Shown: piece by piece, positions 29,369-37,696 of the stretch | Position numbering within the stretch: position 1 is the stretch's first letter | How the letters are laid out: every line of letters begins with the position of its first letter | NCBI GenBank assembly: GCA_965226385.1 | Contig: OZ245359.1 | Location: 905,116 to 969,115 of the forward strand | Reading direction: 5' to 3' | DNA from: Bryobacterales bacterium | GTDB taxonomy: Bacteria; Acidobacteriota; Terriglobia; Bryobacterales; UBA6623 | Length of the DNA: 64,000 nt | Program-made: the position numbers and the translations under genes | Notes under the pieces: model-generated | Seen by the model: only the letters and a program-made list of their open reading frames with translations | The model's database searches: none | What the model was told of the DNA's origin: nothing

Positions 29369-29527
29369 TTAACGTTCGGCTCCGCCATGCTCGTTCCGTT
29401 TCTTGCGAGGCAGCCCGTAGGCGAACATGCGCCGGACGGCCTCCTTGACCGGAAGGTTGATTCTCAGGACACGCGTTTCCGGTCGCCCCGGACGGTTCCG
29501 CTTGGTCTTGCGCACCAGCTTGCTCAT
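29369..29527 (-). CDS. Unannotated 52-codon basic ORF between the transposase and the methyltransferase
   Basis: MSKLVRKTKRNRPGRPETRVLRINLPVKEAVRRMFAYGLPRKKRNEHGGAER. Its ATG overlaps the transposase stop (ATGA at 29524-29527). Its 3' end overlaps the MTase ATG (29388) by about 20 nt. It is too short for the ORF track. Confidence 0.35.
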   Translation of the reverse strand: MSKLVRKTKRNRPGRPETRVLRINLPVKEAVRRMFAYGLPRKKRNEHGGAER

Positions 29528-30477
29528 GCAGTCAGCCTCTTGTACGTGAGCACCTTGCCGTCCATGTTACGGACCATATGTCCCCTCTGGTCCATGGTAT
29601 CCATGCTGCGGATTCCGGCGCGTCCGGTGAACTCGTTCAAGTACCGATGCAGGTGCTTACCTGTCATCCAGTGATAGATGCCGTAGTAGCCGCGCTTGAA
29701 CAGGGACCAGAACCCCTCGATGCTGTTGGTGTGGACCGAGCCGCGCACGTACTCGCCCGCTCCGCGGTTCACCGCGTCGTGAGTGTACTCCCACAGCTTC
29801 CCATAGGAACTGGACCCGTCCGTGTACACCGTGGAACCCGGCTCGACCGTATCCTCCACGAATCCTCCCAGAGTCTTGGCATCCGTTGCCGGAACCGGCT
29901 TCGCTGCCACATTGCCGCCACGCTCCTTGGCACCCACAACCGCCGTCTTGCCGACGGTTCCGCGACCGGCCTTGAGTTTCTTCGATTCGTGCTTGTTCCG
30001 CTCCTTGCCTCCGCTGTAAATCTCGTCGATCTCGACGATGCCGCTGAGCGTCGCCTCGCCGTCCCTGAACACCTCGCGGATTCTCTGGAGCATGTGCCAT
30101 GCGGCCTTCTGCGTGATGCCCAGCTCGCGATGCAGCTTCATGCTGGAGATCCCCTTGATGTTGGTCGCCGCCATGTAGAACGCAACAGCCCATGCCTGAT
30201 AGCCGAGCTTGCTGGATTGCATGATCGTTCCCTTGCGGACGCTGAACCGCTTGCGGCAGTCCTTGCAGGTGTACGGCATGGACGGATGGGACGGGCCATG
30301 TCCGTGGTTGCCGGAACCGCAGTCCGGGCAGGTCGGCCCGTTCTTCCAGCGCAGTTCCTCAAACCACCTTTCCGCCGTCGCGTCGTCCGGGAACTCGTGA
30401 AGCAGCTCGATGATCGTGACTCCCTTGCGGTCCGCCCACCCAGGCCCCTTCGTCGTATGGTTGCTGTGTCTCCTCAT
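29524..30477 (-). CDS. IS1595-family transposase, apparently intact
   Basis: N-terminal Zn-finger region WKNGPTCPDCGS...YTCKDCRKRFSVRKGTIMQSSKLGYQAWAVAFY. ISXO2-like DDE part VEIDEIYSGG...STVYTDGSSSY...HTNSIEGFWSLFKRGYYGIYHWMTGKHLHRYLNEF. Start at MRRHSNH (30477) or 30483. Confidence 0.85.
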   Translation of the reverse strand: MRRHSNHTTKGPGWADRKGVTIIELLHEFPDDATAERWFEELRWKNGPTCPDCGSGNHGHGPSHPSMPYTCKDCRKRFSVRKGTIMQSSKLGYQAWAVAFYMAATNIKGISSMKLHRELGITQKAAWHMLQRIREVFRDGEATLSGIVEIDEIYSGGKERNKHESKKLKAGRGTVGKTAVVGAKERGGNVAAKPVPATDAKTLGGFVEDTVEPGSTVYTDGSSSYGKLWEYTHDAVNRGAGEYVRGSVHTNSIEGFWSLFKRGYYGIYHWMTGKHLHRYLNEFTGRAGIRSMDTMDQRGHMVRNMDGKVLTYKRLTA

Positions 30478-30562
30478 GAGCATTATAATACCACAAACTG
30501 CAAGTGGAGTCAAGCGCTAATGCACTGATTCTAAAAGTCTTTATATGCGTTCTGCCTGTACC

Positions 30563-30610
30563 GAACATTCCCGCCAGATTCCGTTTCTGAGCACTTTGGT
30601 ATATAAGGCC
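30563..30610. repeat. Right 48-bp terminal inverted repeat
   Basis: Exact reverse complement of 26720-26767. Confidence 0.9.
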
Positions 30611-30620
30611 TTATCAAATG
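30611..30620. repeat. Right copy of the 10-bp target-site duplication TTATCAAATG
   Basis: Identical to 26710-26719. Confidence 0.85.
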
Positions 30621-31399
30621 CCGTAAATAAGCACAATCATGGGCATGAATGGGGTGTCAATCAGAAATTGAAGAAGGGAGTTTTTTCTCACCAAGAATGC
30701 GGCAATGCCCATTGGGGGTTAGAAGCCGACTGGAAACAGGATATCCCAGATATTGCTCCGGCTAGACTTTAGATGCACATTCCGGTCTGAAATCAATACC
30801 CTTCACGCAACCACAGTTCGACAAACCAGAAGAGCGGCGGGGTACTGGTGGTTTCGTCAAGATCTCAAGCACCTTGACGGGCACAGGCACGGTCGAGTGT
30901 CGCAACTTTCGCTCCAGGTGGAGTTTTAACGCTATAGCCCGGACATGCAACCGGAACCACCGGTTCACAGCCTGAGGTCATTCTCATTAGCCGAACCTAG
31001 CGATTTCGATGCTGCCGCCACGCGGCGGCGGCATGCGCCAATCCCTTTGATTTGGTAGTAATTCCTTACGAGCAGTCCAGATACGTCGTTAATAACGCTC
31101 TTATCACACTGCTCTGATTGAAGAGTACCTTCGCCTACTCAAAACCTGGGCGCGGATTGAGGAACGGGTACTAAATGCTGTACAGAGTCTGAGCAATTGC
31201 CTCCCCCCTTGACACCGTTGATGTCTGGACATCTTTTCCTTCCAACGCTTGGTGCGGGAGTCACACCACATGCTGGCCAACACAGTCCTAGAGGAATCCG
31301 AACTGGTAGCCTTAGCCTCTGGGTTATGTGTGCTGTAAGGGCACGCAGAACAATGAGGTGCAGTCCAAACACAGCTAAACTACATCAACGGTATAAAAC

Positions 31400-32179
31400 A
31401 TGAATCTTCAAGGAAAGACTGCACTTGTTACAGGTGCCAGTAAGGGGGTTGGACAGGGGATCGCTGAACGCCTAGCGGAATTGGGCTGCGATCTGGCTAT
31501 TCATTACAACTCTGATCGTGCAGGTGCTGAACAAACCGCAGAGACTGTACGGGCCTCAGGGCAACAAGCCATCCTCTTGCAAGCCGACCTGACAGACTCC
31601 AAACAAATCAATCGCATGTTTCAGGAAACTTTGACGAAAATCGAAAGGCTGAACATCCTGGTTAACAATGCCGGTAGACAGGTCTGGGCACCACTCCTCG
31701 AACTGTCAGAAAAAGACTGGGACAGTGTGATAGACACCAATCTCAAGGGCTGTTTCCTTTGCACACAACATGCCGGTCGCCACATGAAGCAGCATGGCGG
31801 TGGATGCATCATCAACATTGGATCAGGGTGCAACAGGGTCGCTTTTCCGAACCTTGTCAGCTATACGGCAAGCAAGGGAGGGATGGAACAATTCACCAAG
31901 GTTGCAGCAGTCGAACTGGGAGTGCATGGCATCACAGTGAACTGTGTCGCTCCAGGAGCAATCCTGATTGCCAGAACCCGTCTTGAGGCAGATGACTATG
32001 AAGGACAGTGGGGCAAACTAACACCTATGGGAAGAGTGGGAATTCCGGGTGATGTCGCAGCGACTGTTGCATTTCTTTGTACCAAGGAAGCAGAGTTCAT
32101 TACTGGCCAGACAATCATGGTAGATGGTGGGTTGTTTACAAGAGGCCCGTGGGCCTACTCGGCACAAGATGAACTGTAG
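31400..32179 (+). CDS. Short-chain dehydrogenase/reductase (FabG-like)
   Basis: [10 protein letters not shown] cofactor motif, NNAG, and the S...YTASK catalytic motif. Confidence 0.85.
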   Translation: MNLQGKTALVTGASKGVGQGIAERLAELGCDLAIHYNSDRAGAEQTAETVRASGQQAILLQADLTDSKQINRMFQETLTKIERLNILVNNAGRQVWAPLLELSEKDWDSVIDTNLKGCFLCTQHAGRHMKQHGGGCIINIGSGCNRVAFPNLVSYTASKGGMEQFTKVAAVELGVHGITVNCVAPGAILIARTRLEADDYEGQWGKLTPMGRVGIPGDVAATVAFLCTKEAEFITGQTIMVDGGLFTRGPWAYSAQDEL

Positions 32180-32227
32180 GCAACACCCTGAACCAAATCA
32201 CGCGAAACACATTGTGCTTCAGGATCG

Positions 32228-33826
32228 TTACGAGTAATCCTTTCCAGTCAAACTGTCCAGAACCGATTGCTGCCACTGCTCAAGCTGTGTGGCAAGATCC
32301 TCAACAACCTGCATGTTGGATTCCTGCAGATCAGTGCTCTCGGCTTGATCCTTGTCAAGGTCAAACAACTCCATCACCGGGCTGCTTGCATCTGTCTCAC
32401 CTTCTCCAGCTACTACTAGTTTGAAGCGATTATCGACTATTGCCCTGGGTCCCAGATAATCCTCATCCAAAATCTCGGAGTACCTGTAATTGCGAAAGTT
32501 TCGAGTCGCGATTCCGTTCATGAGTTTGGCCAGCGGTGTAGTCCCTTCCTGCAGGTTCGAGGCCAGGTATGGTTCAAGTTGCTGTTCCCGTACATTGTCA
32601 ACTGAATGGTTCCAGAAACAGATCGGCTTCGGTCTTTCCTGCATACTACCCTCGATTAAGGGTAGAAGGCTGATACCGTCCAGTGGTCTGTCAGGCAGCG
32701 GTTCATCTACCAGATCGCAAAGTGTCGGGAAAATATCACTTGTAACAGCGTTAACCTCAGTGTTCCTTGGTTCGGGGATCCGTTGAGGCCATTCAATGAC
32801 ACTGGGAACCCTGACACCTCCTTCATAAACACGACCCTTCTGTCCACGGAATGGACTGGCATAACTGCCATCCCCAGGGGCTCCGTTGTCACTGCAGTAC
32901 CACAGCAGAGTGTTTTCCCGAAGTTCCTCCTCCTGGAGAAATGTCCTGAGTTGGCCCATTGCACGGTCCATGGCCGTGATTTCAGCAAACCGTGCCCGCA
33001 ACACCTGATCCAGTGGAAGCTGGGTGGGCAATCCTGTCTTCATCGAAGTCAGCCGGGTTTCTTGTGATTTCAGTTCTTCAGGCAGGTTCTCGTACAGTGC
33101 CAGATCCTCATCCAGCCCACTGTAGGGCTCATGTGGAGACCCAAACCAGACAACCGCAAAGAAGGGTCGTCCCTGCTGTTTCGCTTTCTGGATGAAACGA
33201 GTGGCTTCCTCGATCACAATCCTAGAGCTTTCGCCTTCATGACGTTCGGGTGGTCCACCATTGCGGGAGAGGTATGGATTCATTTCAAAAAAATTGTCAT
33301 GCGAGAGCCAGTCCTCGAACCCCATCGCCCCCGGATTGGTTGGTGAATCAGCCTTGACCGGACCCAAATGCCATTTCCCGAAATGACCACATGCATAACC
33401 ATGTTGGCCGAGAACCTGGGCAATGCTGATTTCTTCCGGTCGAATGGAGCAATTCGGCGTGAATGTGCCATACCGGTTCGGATGCCGTCCAGTGATCACA
33501 CTGCCTCGTGTCGGTGAACAGACTGGGGCAGCTGAATAAAATCGGTCCATCCGCAACCCTGTTGCCGCCATCTCATCCAAAACTGGAGTCTGAAGATCGG
33601 GGTGGTCATAATAGCCGGTCTCGTGCCAACCATGGTCATCGCCCATGCAAAGGATAATGTTCGGAAGTTCTTCAACCTCGGATGAAGTTGGGGTGCAGGC
33701 TGATACTCCTGCACAAGCTGCTGTAAGCTGCACAAACTCTCGACGTGTAAGTGACCCTTGCATTTTCAATATCCCTCCATGACGCGCTTGAACAAACCTG
33801 GACACTTGCCTGAGCATCCTGTCCAA
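32228..33826 (-). CDS. Sulfatase (arylsulfatase A family), exported
   Basis: Tat-like MQGSLTRREFVQLTAACAG. FGly motif CSPTRGSVITGR. GKWHLG. DNGAP. The start may be the internal Met at about 33763. Confidence 0.85.
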   Translation of the reverse strand: MDRMLRQVSRFVQARHGGILKMQGSLTRREFVQLTAACAGVSACTPTSSEVEELPNIILCMGDDHGWHETGYYDHPDLQTPVLDEMAATGLRMDRFYSAAPVCSPTRGSVITGRHPNRYGTFTPNCSIRPEEISIAQVLGQHGYACGHFGKWHLGPVKADSPTNPGAMGFEDWLSHDNFFEMNPYLSRNGGPPERHEGESSRIVIEEATRFIQKAKQQGRPFFAVVWFGSPHEPYSGLDEDLALYENLPEELKSQETRLTSMKTGLPTQLPLDQVLRARFAEITAMDRAMGQLRTFLQEEELRENTLLWYCSDNGAPGDGSYASPFRGQKGRVYEGGVRVPSVIEWPQRIPEPRNTEVNAVTSDIFPTLCDLVDEPLPDRPLDGISLLPLIEGSMQERPKPICFWNHSVDNVREQQLEPYLASNLQEGTTPLAKLMNGIATRNFRNYRYSEILDEDYLGPRAIVDNRFKLVVAGEGETDASSPVMELFDLDKDQAESTDLQESNMQVVEDLATQLEQWQQSVLDSLTGKDYS

Positions 33827-33994
33827 GCAGGAAAATCTAGTTCTGCACTAGGATACCCTGCAGCACTGTATAGACTGGTGGAAAAGTTCATGCTCCGCAA
33901 TCTCTGCGTCCATTGACTGAGATGCTTCGGGAGCAACCACAATCACAACTTCCATGGCACTTTCCATCAATCTTCAATGCGATAGGATACCCAG

Positions 33995-35221
33995 TTGACA
34001 GCCAATGGCTCTTCCGGTTCCCGGTTTGGCTGGTTCAGCCAGTTCACACCCGGGTTGCTCCTGGCAGCCACTGGAGTAGGAGCCGGGGATTTGATGACTG
34101 GCTCACTGGCTGGTTCAGAACTCGGTGTCTCAATCCTTTGGGCGGTCATTGCCGGGGCGTTATTAAAATTTGTACTCAGTGAAGGTGTGGCAAGGTGGCA
34201 GCTTGCCACTGGTGAAACCATCCTTGAGGGCTGGAACAACCGGCTCGGGGCCCCGATACGCTGGCTTTTCCTGGGTTACCTGACGCTGTTCAGCATCATC
34301 GTGGGCCGTGCCTTGGGAAGCGCCTGCGGGGTTGCTGCAACCGGACTGCTTCCATTGGGAAACAGTACAGATCAATCCATCATGATCTGGGCCATCATTC
34401 ACTCCCTGGCTGGAGTACTGTTCGTACTACGCGGCAATTTCAGGTTCTTCGAGTCTATAATGTCGATCCTGATCGGCATGATGTTTGTAACTGTCATTGG
34501 CACAACGATATTGACTGCACCTCCCATTGGGAAAATACTTGCAGGGTTTGTCCCAACCTTGCCTCAAACGGGGTGGTCCTGGATCCTCGCTCTTATGGGT
34601 GGGGTCGGAGGCACAGTCACCTTGTTGTCGTACGGGTACTGGATCCAGGAAAAGCATCGTGAAGGACCAGCCATGTTGCGCACATGTCGCATTGACCTGG
34701 CAGCTGGTAATGGTGTCACAGCGCTTTTCGGAATTTGCGTTGTGATCCTCGGTTCACAGATCGAAGTTGCAGGGGGCGGCTCAAAGCTTGCCTTGCAACT
34801 GGCAGAGCGTCTCGAACTTGCTATTGGCCCCAGCGGCAAGTGGCTGTTCTTGATTGGGTTCTGGGGAGCCGTGTTTTCAAGTCTGCTGGGAGTGTGGCAA
34901 AGCATCCCCTACATGTTTGCGGATTTCATCCGCTTGTGGAAGGGTTCAACAGTTGAACTTCGGCATTCAAAGTCATACCGTTTTTACGTACTGTTTATCG
35001 CAATCGTGCCATTGTTTCTTTTCAATGCACCCGTGCAGCAAATTCAATGGACCTATGGAGTGGTTGGCTCTCTCTTTCTACCACTGCTTGCACTGACACT
35101 GCTACTTCTGAATAACCGGAGTTCGTGGGTGGGCCAGCAATGCCGCAACCCAGCCTGGATCAATATAGTACTGGTTGCAACCTTGGTGTTCTTTTCTGCA
35201 CTGCCCTTGATTGGCCGATAA
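33995..35221 (+). CDS. Nramp-family divalent metal transporter
   Basis: Polytopic membrane protein. N-terminal ATGVGAGDLMTGSLAGSELGVSILWAV block, as in distant Nramp/MntH homologs. Confidence 0.7.
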   Translation: MTANGSSGSRFGWFSQFTPGLLLAATGVGAGDLMTGSLAGSELGVSILWAVIAGALLKFVLSEGVARWQLATGETILEGWNNRLGAPIRWLFLGYLTLFSIIVGRALGSACGVAATGLLPLGNSTDQSIMIWAIIHSLAGVLFVLRGNFRFFESIMSILIGMMFVTVIGTTILTAPPIGKILAGFVPTLPQTGWSWILALMGGVGGTVTLLSYGYWIQEKHREGPAMLRTCRIDLAAGNGVTALFGICVVILGSQIEVAGGGSKLALQLAERLELAIGPSGKWLFLIGFWGAVFSSLLGVWQSIPYMFADFIRLWKGSTVELRHSKSYRFYVLFIAIVPLFLFNAPVQQIQWTYGVVGSLFLPLLALTLLLLNNRSSWVGQQCRNPAWINIVLVATLVFFSALPLIGR

Positions 35222-35251
35222 CTCGCATTGAATGATCAACTCGCACGCAAC

Positions 35252-36109
35252 TCAGCGGACTCTGAGATCCATCTTGCTGCGTAGCAGGTCAAAATAGCGC
35301 AGGTTGCGCGGATGCACGATCTTGACAGTATGTTCGGCTTTAAATGCTCGAATCAGATCATGGGGTTTTATTGGACGCCCAATCTGACCGTCCACACTGA
35401 GGTAGTTATTCTCATATTCAACAGAAAACCGTAGTTCAATTCGAGCAGACTCAGGAAGAACGATCGAACGGTTGGAAAGGCTATGCGGACAGATGGGAGT
35501 CAGACAGATACCCGGCACAGAGGAGTACATGACTGGCCCGCCAGCGGACAGCGAATAAGCTGTCGACCCTGTCGGGGTCGCAATAATCAATCCATCACAA
35601 CGGTAAGAACAAACAAACTCAGCGTCGACATATGCCTCCACATCCAGCAAGCGGACGACACTGCTGTTTGCAGCAACAACATCATTCAAAGCAAAAAACC
35701 TGTCAATGGACTCTCCGTCCCTGACAAGGTGGGCTTCCAGCATCATCCGCGAATCAGTTTTGAAATCTCCTGCAAGTACACCATCCAGAACACTGATCAT
35801 CTCGTCCGGGCCGGTGGTCATCATGAACCCCAACCCCCCGAGGTTGACGGCAAGAAGAGGGATTTCTCGTGGACCTACCGCACGAGCTACGGATAGCAGC
35901 GTACCGTCTCCACCCAACACAACAATCAGGTCACAGCATTCAGGGAGCTCATCCCGCTCAAGGCCATCCTGTCGCTCCAGGTAGGAGGCCGTATCGGTAT
36001 CAACAGCGACATCTATTTGGCGCTGCTCACACCATCCCAATAGCTGTCCAAGCAGTGCAGGAATGTCAGTGCGTTCCGGCTTGCTAACGATGCCAATGCT
36101 TCGAATCAT
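35252..36109 (-). CDS. nadK: NAD kinase
   Basis: LIVVLGGDGTLLSVAR, NLGGLGFM and ATPTGSTAYSLSAGGP. ATG 36109 overlaps the tlyA stop (ATGA). Confidence 0.9.
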   Translation of the reverse strand: MIRSIGIVSKPERTDIPALLGQLLGWCEQRQIDVAVDTDTASYLERQDGLERDELPECCDLIVVLGGDGTLLSVARAVGPREIPLLAVNLGGLGFMMTTGPDEMISVLDGVLAGDFKTDSRMMLEAHLVRDGESIDRFFALNDVVAANSSVVRLLDVEAYVDAEFVCSYRCDGLIIATPTGSTAYSLSAGGPVMYSSVPGICLTPICPHSLSNRSIVLPESARIELRFSVEYENNYLSVDGQIGRPIKPHDLIRAFKAEHTVKIVHPRNLRYFDLLRSKMDLRVR

Positions 36110-36867
36110 AGTGCCGTCTGACCGACCGGTTGAGACCACTGCCTGCCATACAGCAAAAACTCACGGTTTCCTCGTGCTCCCAGAATAGGGCTTTCAATAC
36201 TGTCCACCCTGTCAAAACCACAGGTAGTCATGACTTGGGAAACCTTTTCGACAATTTGGTTGTGCAGTGAGGTATCGCGTACAATTCCACCCTTGCCTAC
36301 TTGTCCCTTGCCCACTTCAAACTGCGGCTTGGCAAGAATTACTGCCTCGGCATCAGCGTTTAATACGAGTGGCAACCGGGGCAGGATCTGTGTTACTGAT
36401 ATGAAGCTGACATCACAAGACACAAAATCAACCTTTTCCCCGATGTCTTCCAGGGCAAGGTAACGAGCATTCAGTTTCTCCAGCACATTCACCCGCTTAT
36501 CCTGCCTGATCTCCCAGTGCAGTTGTCCCACGCCAACATCCACAGCATGCACCCGGGTAGCACCATGTTGAAGAAGGCAGTCTGTAAAGCCACCTGTCGA
36601 GGCACCAATATCAAGACAAGAGGATCCTTTCACTTGGATTGAGAAGTACTGAATTGCCTCATTGAGCTTTAGGCCTGCGCGACTAACAAATGGGGGTCGC
36701 TGCTGAATCAACCGAATGAGGGCATCCGCAGCTATGGACTTGCCAGGTTTGTCAATCTTTTGCTCATCGACAAGCACTTCCCCGGCCAGAACCATGGCCT
36801 GGGCACGATGCCTGGTTTCCACCATTCCCCTGTTGACCAACAACTGATCTAAACGCAAGCGTTCCAA
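36106..36867 (-). CDS. tlyA: TlyA-family rRNA (cytidine-2'-O)-methyltransferase
   Basis: S4-like N-terminus RLDQLLVNRGMVETRHRAQAMVLAGEVLVD. FtsJ-like DIGASTGGFTDCLLQHGA. Confidence 0.85.
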   Translation of the reverse strand: MERLRLDQLLVNRGMVETRHRAQAMVLAGEVLVDEQKIDKPGKSIAADALIRLIQQRPPFVSRAGLKLNEAIQYFSIQVKGSSCLDIGASTGGFTDCLLQHGATRVHAVDVGVGQLHWEIRQDKRVNVLEKLNARYLALEDIGEKVDFVSCDVSFISVTQILPRLPLVLNADAEAVILAKPQFEVGKGQVGKGGIVRDTSLHNQIVEKVSQVMTTCGFDRVDSIESPILGARGNREFLLYGRQWSQPVGQTAL

Positions 36868-36961
36868 AGCGATTCTGCCTGCATTATCTCATGTTCAAGG
36901 CTTCAATCCTTATCCTATATAAGACTATTCAACCTTGGCTGTTCATAGATACAGGAAGCAA

Positions 36962-37654
36962 TCAAGGCAGATTTAGTTCTGTAACCGTGATGCTGCCTCC
37001 AAAACAAAGATCAATGTCTTTCCCGTTTGATCGACCACGTTCACGATAGCTACCTGTATAGGAATAGTGTTCCTGGTCATTGCTGTAGTCGAGTTGCATC
37101 GGTGTCATGTCAACTTCGCATTTGACCACTGGAGGCACCATTTCTTGAGAGTCAGGCAGGCAAGGCAAGTTCACATTCCAGAAGTGCCCTTCCTTCTGTG
37201 GGTACAACAGCAATTCCGGCAGAATGTGGCGTACCCATCCTGTTGTACGCTGCCAGTCTTGCCTAGTCAACTCACGGTTGCGATATTGCGAAAAGGCAAT
37301 GCCCGGGATACCGTGCAGTGCTGCCTCACGGACCGCTGCGACTGTTCCTGAATAGAGTACATCAACTCCCAGGTTCGCCCCGTTATTGATTCCTGCAAGA
37401 ACCCAGTCAAAGCTGTCCGGGAACTTGTGCAGGGCAAGACGTACACAGTCCGCCGGTGAGGCGTGTACTGCAAAGACAATACCTGATTTTTGGCTGACCT
37501 TGACTGGTCTGTCCGTCGTTACCTGATGGCTACAGCCTGAACACTCAACGGATGGTGCAACCATTACAGTCTGTGATTGCGCAGGGACCGCTGCAGCAAG
37601 AGCGGACAGTCCCATCGCTTCGAGTCCATCATCGTTGGTTAGCAGTAATCGCAT
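36962..37654 (-). CDS. surE: 5'/3'-nucleotidase SurE
   Basis: MRLLLTNDDGLEAMG, GINNGANLG and YSGTVAAVREAALHGIPGIAFS. Start at 37654 rather than ORF start 37753, which would run into the IS. Confidence 0.85.
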   Translation of the reverse strand: MRLLLTNDDGLEAMGLSALAAAVPAQSQTVMVAPSVECSGCSHQVTTDRPVKVSQKSGIVFAVHASPADCVRLALHKFPDSFDWVLAGINNGANLGVDVLYSGTVAAVREAALHGIPGIAFSQYRNRELTRQDWQRTTGWVRHILPELLLYPQKEGHFWNVNLPCLPDSQEMVPPVVKCEVDMTPMQLDYSNDQEHYSYTGSYRERGRSNGKDIDLCFGGSITVTELNLP

Positions 37655-37687
37655 ATCGCGAGCACTCGGAAGTCCCATCTTCTCAAA

Positions 37688-37696
37688 TAGAACAAA
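37688..37696. repeat. Left 9-bp direct repeat TAGAACAAA flanking IS1595 copy 2
   Basis: The same 9-mer occurs at 38612-38620, immediately outside the other IR. Confidence 0.7.

Larger units (their letters stand above)
26777..29388 (-). pseudogene. Beta-class N4/N6 DNA methyltransferase fused to a C-terminal HNH nuclease, disrupted
   Basis: - N-terminal piece 29161-29388 has motif IV (DLIYLDPPF).
- Middle piece 27395-28093 has SYLVMMAIRLLEMKRVLKPTGSIYLPCDPTASHYLK.
- C-terminal piece 26777-27394 has GYPTQKP and motif I DPFCGCATAP...VGIDL, then HNH (CAGCNHHF...VDHITPRSKGGTDHLDNLQLLCSACN).
- It is broken by an IS630 relic (about 28094-29170) and an in-frame TAG at 27395-27397. Confidence 0.75.
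26720..30610 (-). mobile_element. 3.9-kb IS1595-type transposon carrying a methyltransferase::HNH cargo and a nested IS630 relic
   Basis: Perfect 48-bp IRs, a 10-bp TSD, all genes on the minus strand and tightly packed, and GC-richer than the flanks. Confidence 0.8.

Noticed and set aside
33827-33994. A manganese (yybP-ykoY-type) riboswitch upstream of the Nramp transporter.
   Set aside because: I could not find the conserved GGAGAGUAG / GUCAAC-type core elements or a convincing four-way structure by eye. A covariance-model search would be needed to be certain.
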